Shown in pieces: positions 8,541 through 17,979 of a DNA stretch of 64,000 bases (position 1 is the first letter of the stretch; each line of letters begins with the position of its first letter). A program made the position numbers and the translations under genes. The notes beneath the pieces were generated by a model that saw only the letters and a list, made by a program, of their open reading frames with translations, had not been told where the DNA came from and searched no databases. Source of the DNA: an uncultured Clostridiaceae bacterium (GTDB taxonomy: Bacteria; Bacillota; Clostridia; TANB77; CAG-508); contig CAOJCG010000002.1 in assembly GCA_948356915.1 (NCBI GenBank), forward strand, positions 128,484 through 192,483. Reading direction: 5' to 3'.

Positions 8541-10562
8541 TTATAAACTCATTATTATTGGCAATATCATTGGGTTTCTTTTTGTTTTTTGGAATATATA
8601 GTCTCTTATATGGTCTTTTAGTGTTGATTTTATTGCTCCCCAATCACGTATTCCTTGTTCTTCTAAAGTTGCTACTTCTATTCTTATTGCTTTTTTTACG
8701 TCATCCATTAGGTTTTCTGATTCTTTTACATATACGAACCCTCTTGTTATTACATCTGGTCCCGCTACTATTTCTCCTGTATTATTGTCCATTGTCATTA
8801 CTATTACTATTAAGCCGTCTTGTGATAAGTGCTGTCTGTCTCTTAGTACTACACTTCCTACATCTCCTACACCTAAACCGTCTACTAGTATTTTACCTGA
8901 TGGTACTGAACCTGCTAGTTTTGCTCCTTCTTCGTTTATTTCTAGTATTCTACCATTTACACTCATGAATATGTTTTCTGGCTCTATTCCCATCATTTGG
9001 GCTGTTTCTTTGTGTGCTTTTAGTTGCCTGTATTCACCATGTACTGGCATGAAGTATTTTGGTTTTACTAATGATAATATTAGTTTTTGCTCTTCTTGGC
9101 AGGCATGTCCTGATACGTGCATGTCGTTATATATTACTTCTGCTCCTATTTGCATTAGGTCATCTATTACTTTTGATACTAATTTTTCGTTTCCTGGTAT
9201 TGGTGTTGCTGATATTATTATTAGGTCATTTGGTGTTATTTCTACTTTTCTGTGTTCTCCTGCTGCCATTCTAGTTAAAGCAGACATTGTTTCTCCTTGG
9301 CTCCCTGTTGTAATTATTACTAGTTTTTCTTCTGGGTAGTTTTTTATCATATCTATATCTATAAATAGATTTTCTGGTGCATCCATATATCCTAGTTTTC
9401 TGGCTGTTTCTATTGTGTTTATCATACTTCTACCACATACCGCAATTTTTCTGCCATATTCCACTGCTGAATTCACAATTTGTTGAATTCTGTGGACATT
9501 TGATGCAAATGTTGCTACTACTATTCTTTTTTTGCAATTTACAAATAGTTTATCAAATTCGGCTCCTACTGTTCTTTCTGACATTGTGTATCCTTTTCTT
9601 TCTGCATTTGTACTATCTGAAAGTAATAGTAATACTCCTTTTTTACCAATTTCAGCTATTCTTGCTAGGTCTGTTGCTTCACTGTTTATTGGTGTATAGT
9701 CTATTTTGAAGTCACCTGTATGCATTACTACTCCTGCTGGTGTATATATTGCAAGCATCATTGCATCTGGTATACTGTGACAACTACGTATAAATTCTAC
9801 TTTCATTTTTCCTAAGGTAATTGTTTGGCCTGGTTTTACTGTTTTTAATTTTGAACCTCTTAATAATTTGTGTTCTTCTAGTTTATTTTCTATTAAGCCT
9901 ATTGCTAGTTTTGAACCATATATTGGTACATTCATTTTCTTTAAGAAGTATGGTATTGAACCTATATGGTCTTCGTGTCCATGTGTTATTACTATTCCTC
10001 TTACTTTTTCCTTATTTCTTTCTAAGTATGTTGTGTCTGGAATAACTAGGTCTACTCCTAACATGTCATCTGTTGGGAATTCTAAACCACAGTCTACTAT
10101 TACTATATCGTCTTCATATTCAAATATAGTCATGTTTTTTCCGATTTCTTCTAATCCACCTAGAGCAATTACTTTTAATTTTGGCTTTTTAAATTCAAAT
10201 TTCTCTTTTTTGTTTGCTTTTTCATTATTCTTTCTTACTGTAGCTGTTCTTTTTTCATTTACTTTTTTTTCTGAAGAATTTGTTTTTCTTCTTGGTCTTG
10301 TTTGTGTATTTTGCTTTTCTACATTATTTGTTTGCTCTTTTATATTCTTTTCTTCTATTTGTTCTTTCTTTTCTCTTTTTGGATTCATTCTTCTTTTTGG
10401 ATTATTTTCTCTTGTTTCTTTTATTTTCTCCTCTTTATTTATTATTTCTTCTGTATTTTTTCTTACAGTATTCGTATTTCTCCTTCTTGGTCTATTATTT
10501 ACTCTTTTAGAAGGAGTGTTTTTACTTTTTATGTCATTTGTCTCATTTGTCTCATTTGGCAT
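8541..10562 (-). CDS. rnj: Ribonuclease J (metallo-beta-lactamase/beta-CASP) with an ~120-aa Lys/Arg/Asn-rich N-terminal low-complexity extension.
   Basis: HGHEDHIG MBL motif and RNase J body are present. The N-terminal 118 aa are highly basic and repetitive. Confidence 0.85.
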   Translation of the reverse strand: MPNETNETNDIKSKNTPSKRVNNRPRRRNTNTVRKNTEEIINKEEKIKETRENNPKRRMNPKREKKEQIEEKNIKEQTNNVEKQNTQTRPRRKTNSSEKKVNEKRTATVRKNNEKANKKEKFEFKKPKLKVIALGGLEEIGKNMTIFEYEDDIVIVDCGLEFPTDDMLGVDLVIPDTTYLERNKEKVRGIVITHGHEDHIGSIPYFLKKMNVPIYGSKLAIGLIENKLEEHKLLRGSKLKTVKPGQTITLGKMKVEFIRSCHSIPDAMMLAIYTPAGVVMHTGDFKIDYTPINSEATDLARIAEIGKKGVLLLLSDSTNAERKGYTMSERTVGAEFDKLFVNCKKRIVVATFASNVHRIQQIVNSAVEYGRKIAVCGRSMINTIETARKLGYMDAPENLFIDIDMIKNYPEEKLVIITTGSQGETMSALTRMAAGEHRKVEITPNDLIIISATPIPGNEKLVSKVIDDLMQIGAEVIYNDMHVSGHACQEEQKLILSLVKPKYFMPVHGEYRQLKAHKETAQMMGIEPENIFMSVNGRILEINEEGAKLAGSVPSGKILVDGLGVGDVGSVVLRDRQHLSQDGLIVIVMTMDNNTGEIVAGPDVITRGFVYVKESENLMDDVKKAIRIEVATLEEQGIRDWGAIKSTLKDHIRDYIFQKTKRNPMILPIIMSL

Positions 10563-11235
10563 TTTTTCTCTTCCTTTCTTTCTTTTATTAGTGTTTTTAT
10601 TCTCTAAATTTATATTTTATTAACCTACTTTTTTATTATTTTTCCCTTTTTTGGTATTTGTTAAACTTTTAGTTTTTGCTAACATTTTATAATATTAAGG
10701 TTGGCTTTGTCACATAGTTCTACCTTTAGTAGTAAGCCTTAAATCTTAAAATGATTTCTTTCGAAAATAGAATTTATTTTCATCTTGTGTTATGAAACAA
10801 AAAATGTTAATAGTGTTTCTATTTAAAAACAAAAGTATAGATTAGATTATATCTAATAGGTTTCTCTTAATGATTTTCCTACATTCTAATATTAATTTTT
10901 CTTTTGAAAATGAAATTGTTTATTTTTACTTTGCTACCATAAAACTCAAAGTTTTATATCATTTTATAAAAAACAAAACAACTTCAATTTTATTATTAAA
11001 GTTGTTTTTGGCTTTTTTTATTATTTTTAACACAAACTTAAACTACATATGAATATTTCATATGTTATCTCTTATTATTCCTAAAACAATTTTTAACTCT
11101 CTAATAACTTATTGGTTAAACCTCTTTTTCTCTCTTTTAAGGTTAATTTACTTTATATAAATTTAAATCTCTTCTTTACCATTATTGGTAACCACTATTT
11201 GTTATTTTAGCATATTTATGTATAATTGTCAAATT

Positions 11236-13047
11236 TTATATTTTCAAAATTTTGTTTGCAATTTGCTTAGTTATTCCTTTAACTTCCATAAGTTCTTGGA
11301 GGCTTGCTTTGCTCATTTTTTCCACACTTCCAAATTTCATTAATAAGGCTTTCTTTTTAGCTGGTCCTATTCCTTCTATTTCATCTAATGTTGATTTTGT
11401 TACTTCTTTATCTCTTAACATTTTATGGTATCCTATTGCTGTTTCGTGTACTGTGTCTTGGAATAGTGTAATTAGGTTCATTAGATTTTCTGATAGCTTT
11501 ATTTCTTTTTTATTTTCATCTATTAATGCTCTAGTTTGGTGCTTGTCATTTTTTACCATACCAAATACTTTTATTCCTTTTAAGCTTTCCACTTTATTTT
11601 CATATTCTGTGGATACCATTTCTATGGCTTCTTTTATTGCTCTTATTTGTGTTATTCCTCCATCTGCAAAAATTACGTCTGGCAAACTTCCAAAAGCTCC
11701 ATTTTCTTCTTTTATTGAACGCCTTAACCTTCTTGATACTACTTCTTTCATACATGCTACATCATCTTGTCCATAAACGGTTTTTATTTTAAATATACGT
11801 GACAAATTCCTTTTTATTTCTCCATCTTTCATTACACACATTCCTGCTACCATATTTGTTCCTGAAAGATTTGATATGTCAAAACATTCTATTTTTCTTG
11901 GCATTTTAGTTAACCTTAATACTTCCCTTAGTTCTGTTAGTACATCATATTTATCTTTTGATTTATTATCTAGTGTTATTTTTGCATTGTTTTCTGCCAT
12001 TTCTACTAGTCTTAGTTTCTCTCCTCTTTGTGGAGTTTTTATTTCTACTTTTCTTCCTGCTTCTTTTGTTAGCCATTCCCCAAATACTTCTTTTTCTTCT
12101 ATTTCTTCTTTCATCATTATTTTATTAGGTAGTATTTCTCTTCCTATATAATATTGCTTTACGAAATCTGATAATATTTGTTCATCTTTTTCATCATTTA
12201 AATCTTTGAAAAAATAGTGCTCTCTTCCTACCATTTTGCTACCTCGTACAAAGAAAACTTCTATACATACTTCTACTTCATTCCTAGCTAAGCCTATAAC
12301 ATCTATATCATTTTCGGTTATATTTGAAACTTTTTGCTTTTCTCCTATCCTTTCTATTGCAAGCCTTTTGTCTCTTATATATGCAGCCTTTTCAAATTCC
12401 ATATTTTTAGATGCCTCAAGCATTTGCGTTTCTAGTTCTTTTAAAATTCCATTTAAGTTTCCATCTAAAATTGATATTATTTGATTTATTTGCTCTCTAT
12501 ATTCTTCTTTTGAAATATAGCCCATACATGGTGCCATACATTTTTTTATGTGGTAATTTAGGCAGGCTCTATCTTTATATTTAAAGCTTTTACATTGGCG
12601 GATTTTAAATTTTTCTTTTATGAAATCTACCATTTCTTTTGCTGCTCCTGCTGATGGATATGGTCCAAAATATTTTGCCCCATCATTTAATATTCTTCTT
12701 GTTACATATACATTTGGGAAATCATCTTTTACATTTATTTTTATATATGGGTATGTTTTGTCATCTTTTAAAAGTACATTAAATTTTGGTCTATTCTTTT
12801 TTATTAAATTACATTCTAATATAAGTGCTTCAGTTTCATTATCTACTACTATATATTCAAAATGGTCTATTAGAGCTACCATGTTTTGTATTCTTTGCGT
12901 TTTATTTGTTTTTCTAAAATATGACCTAACCCTGTTTTTTAAAGAAATTGCCTTTCCTACATATATAATTTTGTCATCTTTATCATGCATTATATATACC
13001 CCTGGCTTATTAGGTAGTTTTTTTAATTCTTCTTCTATATTAAACAT
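11236..13047 (-). CDS. uvrC: Excinuclease ABC subunit C.
   Basis: GIY-YIG N-terminus (GVYIMHDKDDKIIYVGKA), UvrC body and a C-terminal HhH. Confidence 0.9.
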   Translation of the reverse strand: MFNIEEELKKLPNKPGVYIMHDKDDKIIYVGKAISLKNRVRSYFRKTNKTQRIQNMVALIDHFEYIVVDNETEALILECNLIKKNRPKFNVLLKDDKTYPYIKINVKDDFPNVYVTRRILNDGAKYFGPYPSAGAAKEMVDFIKEKFKIRQCKSFKYKDRACLNYHIKKCMAPCMGYISKEEYREQINQIISILDGNLNGILKELETQMLEASKNMEFEKAAYIRDKRLAIERIGEKQKVSNITENDIDVIGLARNEVEVCIEVFFVRGSKMVGREHYFFKDLNDEKDEQILSDFVKQYYIGREILPNKIMMKEEIEEKEVFGEWLTKEAGRKVEIKTPQRGEKLRLVEMAENNAKITLDNKSKDKYDVLTELREVLRLTKMPRKIECFDISNLSGTNMVAGMCVMKDGEIKRNLSRIFKIKTVYGQDDVACMKEVVSRRLRRSIKEENGAFGSLPDVIFADGGITQIRAIKEAIEMVSTEYENKVESLKGIKVFGMVKNDKHQTRALIDENKKEIKLSENLMNLITLFQDTVHETAIGYHKMLRDKEVTKSTLDEIEGIGPAKKKALLMKFGSVEKMSKASLQELMEVKGITKQIANKILKI

Positions 13048-13064
13048 TACTTAACCTTTCTTTA

Positions 13065-13095
13065 GGAAAGATTTGGACGCGTCCCAAATCTTTCC
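13065..13095. repeat. Perfect palindrome ggaaagatttggacgcgtcccaaatctttcc. This is copy 1 of a GACGCGTC-centred palindromic repeat.
   Basis: Read directly from the sequence. Near-identical copies occur at 14272-14299 and 40789-40816. Confidence 0.7.
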
Positions 13096-13225
13096 ATTTT
13101 GTTAACTTATTAATTTTATATTTACATAAACTGACTTTTTTTCTCTATATATGTTATACTTATATCATATTGTAACTTATTATTCAACTACGTGTATAGT
13201 TGTGTTTAATTAAAGGAGGATTTCT

Positions 13226-13444
13226 ATGGCTTATAGTAAACTTTATGTGAGTCGGAGTAACAGAATTGTTGCAGTAGTGAACAACTTAGAATTAATTGAT
13301 ACTTTACCCATCTTTTTTGGCGAAAATATCTCATTTGATATATTCGATGATAAAGGTCTACATGCCACTTCAGGTGTTGTCCCTGCTGGACATACCTTAA
13401 TAGTAGGTAAATATGAATGTCGTTTTAAAGATATCAGTCAATAA
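13226..13444 (+). CDS. Hypothetical 72-aa protein inside the palindrome-bracketed cassette.
   Basis: ORF track, with an RBS aaaggagg 8 nt upstream. Confidence 0.4.
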   Translation: MAYSKLYVSRSNRIVAVVNNLELIDTLPIFFGENISFDIFDDKGLHATSGVVPAGHTLIVGKYECRFKDISQ

Positions 13445-13494
13445 AAGTAAGAAAAAGGCAGTTTTCTCTGTCTTTTTCTTACTTTTCTAATTTT

Positions 13495-13815
13495 TTATGC
13501 TACTTTTATGCCAGTATCTACAATTTCTTTCACAAAAGGATTTGAAACTCTTTCATAATCTTCTGTTGTTATTGGGTGTGGCTCTATTCTTGCATCTATG
13601 TCCCAAGTCATTCCCATTAAAACAGCCATACAATCATAAATATCTTCAAAGTCATCAGAAACAACTGCAATATCTATGTCGCTATCTTCATTTTCTGTTC
13701 CTTTTGCATAAGAACCAAATAATATAATTGCTGTAACATTATATCGCTTTTTTATTTCTTCTATAAACTTGTATATACTATCTTCAATATCTTTATTTAT
13801 TGCTTTTTCAACCAT
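13495..13815 (-). CDS. Minimal nucleotidyltransferase (MNT) domain protein, the antitoxin-like partner of HEPN.
   Basis: ILFGSYAKGTENEDSDIDIAVV is a Pol-beta-type NTase motif. Confidence 0.8.
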   Translation of the reverse strand: MVEKAINKDIEDSIYKFIEEIKKRYNVTAIILFGSYAKGTENEDSDIDIAVVSDDFEDIYDCMAVLMGMTWDIDARIEPHPITTEDYERVSNPFVKEIVDTGIKVA

Positions 13816-14195
13816 TTTTGTACCTCCTCTATATTCTTTATTTGTTCCAAAGTATATTTATCCGTACATTTGTGCTTAAAACTCTCCTTATAATCATCAT
13901 ATCTTGCACTTATATTAAATGTATTTATAACTTGTATCTTTTTTCTTATTTCATTTGGTACTTCTATATTTGCTTTTTGTGAAAGTAATATTAAATTATG
14001 AACTTTAGGTGCTACTGGATTTTCTGGATTATTTTTTGCATATAGTCCTTTTAATAATTTTTCTATTACTAAATGCCCTAAGAACAAACTCCATGTATTC
14101 TTTTTATTTTCAACCATTACTTTCATAACATCATAATCTTCATCACTACTTTTTATCCAGTATTCCATTAAATTTATATTATCCAAAATATTCAC
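13797..14195 (-). CDS. HEPN domain protein, the toxin-like partner of MNT.
   Basis: 132 aa with a 19-nt overlap with the downstream MNT gene. HEPN-like helices carrying an R-x4-6-H-type motif region (ARYDDY). Confidence 0.7.
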   Translation of the reverse strand: MNILDNINLMEYWIKSSDEDYDVMKVMVENKKNTWSLFLGHLVIEKLLKGLYAKNNPENPVAPKVHNLILLSQKANIEVPNEIRKKIQVINTFNISARYDDYKESFKHKCTDKYTLEQIKNIEEVQKWLKKQ

Positions 14196-14271
14196 CTCTT
14201 TTTTACTAATATTATTATACCATTATAATTATAATTTTACTATATATTTTTTATATTCTATATTTTAAATT

Positions 14272-14324
14272 AAAAGATTTGGACGCGTCCCAAATCTTTA
14301 CCAAATCTTTACCAAATCTTTACT
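14272..14324. repeat. Copy 2 of the GACGCGTC-centred palindrome, followed by a 3x tandem 11-nt repeat accaaatcttt.
   Basis: aaaagatttggacgcgtcccaaatctttaccaaatctttaccaaatctttact. Confidence 0.7.
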
Positions 14325-15465
14325 TAAATATACTACTATTATTTAAAATTAATGTACTATACAAAAATAACACTTCTTGGTCTTTAAATTGTATATATTT
14401 TTCTATATCTTTAGTTCTGATATACCTAATATCTATTAAAGTGATTTTGCTATAACCTTCTGTAAATAGTGGTATTAAGCTACTTGCAAATGAATCTCTA
14501 AATACTATTAGTTCTTTATCTGTTTTGGCGTTTTGATTTGTTATTGTTATTAGTGGTGTAGAACCTGATAGATATATGTCGTATTTGTCATTGCTATTTA
14601 TTTTTTCTAAATCATATATTTTTGTTTCTTTTCTATTTTCATAGTTATATACTTTTGCATTTTTTATTGTTTCATTTGTTAGAGTACAAATTTTATCTTT
14701 TTCTACTTTTATAGGTATTTGCCCTGCATATAGTCCATCAAATTCTGTTATTTGTTCTTTTTCATAGTTGTTTGTTAGCCTATTTTTGAAATTCATTTTT
14801 TCGCTTATTTTATCTACTACTTTTTGTAAGTTTTCTTGCTTCCAATGAATGTCTGTTATATAGTAATCTTCTAGCTCTAAGCAGTCAAATATATTAATAT
14901 ATTCTGCATTTACTATATTTTTTTTCATTATTTCTTCTAGCTTTTTATAGTCCATAGTAATATATTCTTTGCTATCAGTAAAGTAGTTTTTATCCGGTAT
15001 TATTGAGTAATAGCATTTCATATCTTTTAAATAACTTTTTTGTATTTCATTTATTTTATTTGCTACATTTAATACAGATTTTTCATTTAATGGATATTCT
15101 ATTTTTATAAGGCTGTTTTTGTACATATATATTTTATTGTTATCTTTTTTTCTAAACAAATTAACCTCTATGGATGATTTTAATTTTCTAAATTCTTCCC
15201 TTTTTATAATTTGGTCTGTCGTATATTTTTCAAATTTATTGCTAAAGCTCCCATCTAATACACTTTTTATAGTTATTTGTGGAAAACTAGCAAGTTTTCT
15301 TCTTTCTGTTATTGAAATTTGTGTGTCTTTTTTTAATATATTTGCTAGAAAAAATAAGATTAGTAGTGTTCCAAATGTAATTGTTACTACTATATTTTTG
15401 GTTTTATCTAACATTCTTTTTTCTCCTTGTTTAATAAAATAATTTATTTGAAATATTTTTTGCAT
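14320..15465 (-). CDS. DHHW-family (AlgX/DltD-like) protein, partner of the MBOAT acyltransferase.
   Basis: N-terminal TM anchor, and its position immediately downstream of the MBOAT gene. Confidence 0.5.
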   Translation of the reverse strand: MQKIFQINYFIKQGEKRMLDKTKNIVVTITFGTLLILFFLANILKKDTQISITERRKLASFPQITIKSVLDGSFSNKFEKYTTDQIIKREEFRKLKSSIEVNLFRKKDNNKIYMYKNSLIKIEYPLNEKSVLNVANKINEIQKSYLKDMKCYYSIIPDKNYFTDSKEYITMDYKKLEEIMKKNIVNAEYINIFDCLELEDYYITDIHWKQENLQKVVDKISEKMNFKNRLTNNYEKEQITEFDGLYAGQIPIKVEKDKICTLTNETIKNAKVYNYENRKETKIYDLEKINSNDKYDIYLSGSTPLITITNQNAKTDKELIVFRDSFASSLIPLFTEGYSKITLIDIRYIRTKDIEKYIQFKDQEVLFLYSTLILNNSSIFK

Positions 15466-15508
15466 ATGCTAGCAAGTTTTCTATAAAGCAATAAAAGCAG
15501 TTTCTTCT

Positions 15509-15636
15509 GGGTCGCCCTTTAGTAGCGACCCCTACAACGTGGAATGTATTGCCTAAAATTGATTTTTCTTATACTATAAAAAGGGGGTAAGTTGGTAAAT
15601 TCTCTTCTGTATTCCTATTAGATATAAGCCCCTACA
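15509..15636. repeat. CCCCTACA-family units. The hairpin gggtcgccctttagtagcgaccc is identical to 40882-40904. The core aaattgatttttcttatactat is followed by a second cccctaca.
   Basis: Read directly from the sequence. Confidence 0.55.
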
Positions 15637-15658
15637 TCTATTTTTATATTTGTTATTA

Positions 15659-17056
15659 TTAGAATCTGAAATATAAAAATGGATTATAGGAATTATCTAC
15701 TAAATATGATGTAACTATTAGTAATAAAGCTACTAGTATAATAGGCTCTATTGTATTAATTACTTTATTAATTTTTGTTTTTTCTTTTAGCTTATTTATT
15801 ATATTTTTGAGTAGTGGTGTTGCACCAATTATTGATATTATTATAATTACAAAGTAACTTTTTAAATAGTATATAGTATAACTATTTATAAATGGCTCTT
15901 TGTTTGCTCCAAATAACCCTATTATTTGCTGAATTGCTTGTGCTATACTATTTGCATTAAATATGATGAAACTAATCATTACTATAAATAGAACATATAT
16001 ATGACTTATTATTTTTGGCATTTTCTCTAATATTTCTTTTAAAAATAGCTTTTCTATAATTAGTAATACTCCAAATAATAGCCCCCATAAAATAAATGTC
16101 CAATTGGCTCCATGCCAAAATCCTGTTAAAAACCATACTATAAAAATATTTCTAATTAACTTTATTTTACCTACTCTATTTCCTCCAAGTGGTATGTATA
16201 CATAGTCTCTAAACCATGTGCCTAATGAAATATGCCACCTTCTCCAAAATTCAGTAATACTTTTTGATATATATGGATAGTTGAAATTTTCTAAAAAGTG
16301 AAAGCCAAATATTTTTCCAAGTCCTATTGCCATATCTGAATAGGCTGAAAAGTCAAAGTATATTTGAAGACTAAATGCTACTCCATAAATCCAATAAAAT
16401 AATATACTTTTTTCATTTGTTTGTATAAAAATTTGGCATAATTCTCCTAGTTGATTTGCAATTAATACTTTTTTTGAAAGCCCTATAATAAACCTTCTTA
16501 TTCCTAATGATATATTTTCGAAGGTATGCTCTCTTTTTTTAAGTTCTTTTTCAACATCTATATAACGCACAATTGGACCTGCTATTAATTGTGGAAATAA
16601 TGATACATATGTTGCAAGTTTTATAATGTTTTTTTGCACTGGAACTTTTTTATTATATACATCTATAACATAACTTAATATTTGAAATGTATAAAATGAT
16701 ATTCCTATTGGCAGTGCTAAGTTTAATAATTTTATTTCTGAATTAAATATGCTATTTATATTTGTTATTATAAAGTCTGAATACTTAAATAACGCTAATA
16801 ACCCTATACTTATTATAATAGATGATATTAAAAAAACTTTTTTATGTTTTGTATATTTATTTATTAAAATACCATGTATATATGCTGATAGTATGCTTGC
16901 TAGCATAATTAATATATAAATAGGCTCCCCATAAAAGTAAAATAATAGGGAGCTTATTAATAGTATAATATTTTTATATTTTGTAGGTGTAACAAAATAT
17001 ATTATTAATACACATGGTAAAAAATAATATAAAAAGTTAATACTTGAAAATAACAC
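15659..17056 (-). CDS. MBOAT-family membrane-bound O-acyltransferase (AlgI/DltB-like).
   Basis: FWRRWHISLGTWFRDYVYIPLGGNR contains the catalytic His of the MBOAT motif. The protein is multi-TM. Confidence 0.85.
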   Translation of the reverse strand: MLFSSINFLYYFLPCVLIIYFVTPTKYKNIILLISSLLFYFYGEPIYILIMLASILSAYIHGILINKYTKHKKVFLISSIIISIGLLALFKYSDFIITNINSIFNSEIKLLNLALPIGISFYTFQILSYVIDVYNKKVPVQKNIIKLATYVSLFPQLIAGPIVRYIDVEKELKKREHTFENISLGIRRFIIGLSKKVLIANQLGELCQIFIQTNEKSILFYWIYGVAFSLQIYFDFSAYSDMAIGLGKIFGFHFLENFNYPYISKSITEFWRRWHISLGTWFRDYVYIPLGGNRVGKIKLIRNIFIVWFLTGFWHGANWTFILWGLLFGVLLIIEKLFLKEILEKMPKIISHIYVLFIVMISFIIFNANSIAQAIQQIIGLFGANKEPFINSYTIYYLKSYFVIIIISIIGATPLLKNIINKLKEKTKINKVINTIEPIILVALLLIVTSYLVDNSYNPFLYFRF

Positions 17057-17065
17057 TTTTTCCTC

Positions 17066-17626
17066 CTAGAATTCCTCTGTTTTTTCTAATTCTTTTCCTA
17101 CTGTGCCACCTACTGTTTGTTTAAATTCGTCATATACAGGTTTTCCCCATTCTTCGCTTGACATTACAAAGAAGATTATATCATTATAGTTAGTAACCCA
17201 TAATTTTTCTGCTGAAACACATATCCATTTTCTCATGTCTATATTGTTTAATATTTCTTGTTTCATTTCTTCTATGTTAGCATTTTCTTTTGCTTTTATC
17301 ATTACTGCTGAATATGCTTGTGAGCTCATAAATGGCTCTGAAGCTACAACTGCTTCTACATTCTCATTTGATTTTAGCCCTGTTGTAGATGTAAATGCAT
17401 ATTCATCTGTTAAGTCTATTTCACGTGTTTCTAGTGCTGGAAGATTTTCTCCAAGTTTTGTGTTAATATCATTAATTACTTTTTCCATTTCTTGTGCTGT
17501 TTGTATTTTTACTGCTGTTTGCGTACTTGTCTTTTCTTCTTTGTTTTTTGAAAATATAAAAACTGCTCCAATAATGATAACTGCAATAATTACAACTGCT
17601 ACTATTCCAATAATTGATTTTTTCAT
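17066..17626 (-). CDS. DUF4358-family membrane-anchored protein, first gene of the MBOAT operon.
   Basis: Signal/TM N-terminus and the conserved operon context. Confidence 0.6.
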   Translation of the reverse strand: MKKSIIGIVAVVIIAVIIIGAVFIFSKNKEEKTSTQTAVKIQTAQEMEKVINDINTKLGENLPALETREIDLTDEYAFTSTTGLKSNENVEAVVASEPFMSSQAYSAVMIKAKENANIEEMKQEILNNIDMRKWICVSAEKLWVTNYNDIIFFVMSSEEWGKPVYDEFKQTVGGTVGKELEKTEEF

Positions 17627-17979
17627 AACTTTCTTCCTTTCTTTCGTTTTATTTTACAATTTTATATTATCATAATTGCTTTGTTTTGTATAGTTGTTTT
17701 TGTTAATTTTATTTTTTAATTATTGCTATTTGTTCCAATTTTTAGCTTTTTAATATTTTTACTTATATACAGACATAGTATTTTCTTGTTTTAAATATTA
17801 TAGTATAAAAAATTTAACCTATAAAGAGAATTGTAAAAAAGACATTCTCTTTTATAGGTTTTCATTACTTCTTGTTATATAATAGCATAAATATTATGTG
17901 TTATTTATCTATCATTTAATTATAAATTTTCAACTTTTTAATAGAGTAAATTAATTTAAGTATAATAATTTAACATAAT

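Noticed and set aside
6268-10623. Many 60-250-aa ORFs in the track on the strand opposite gltX, rnj, uvrC, smc, addB and others (for example 6268..6696, 9868..10623, 58249..58848)
   Set aside because: They are Leu/Phe/Ser-rich low-complexity translations of the antisense strand of well-supported genes in an AT-rich genome. They are spurious.
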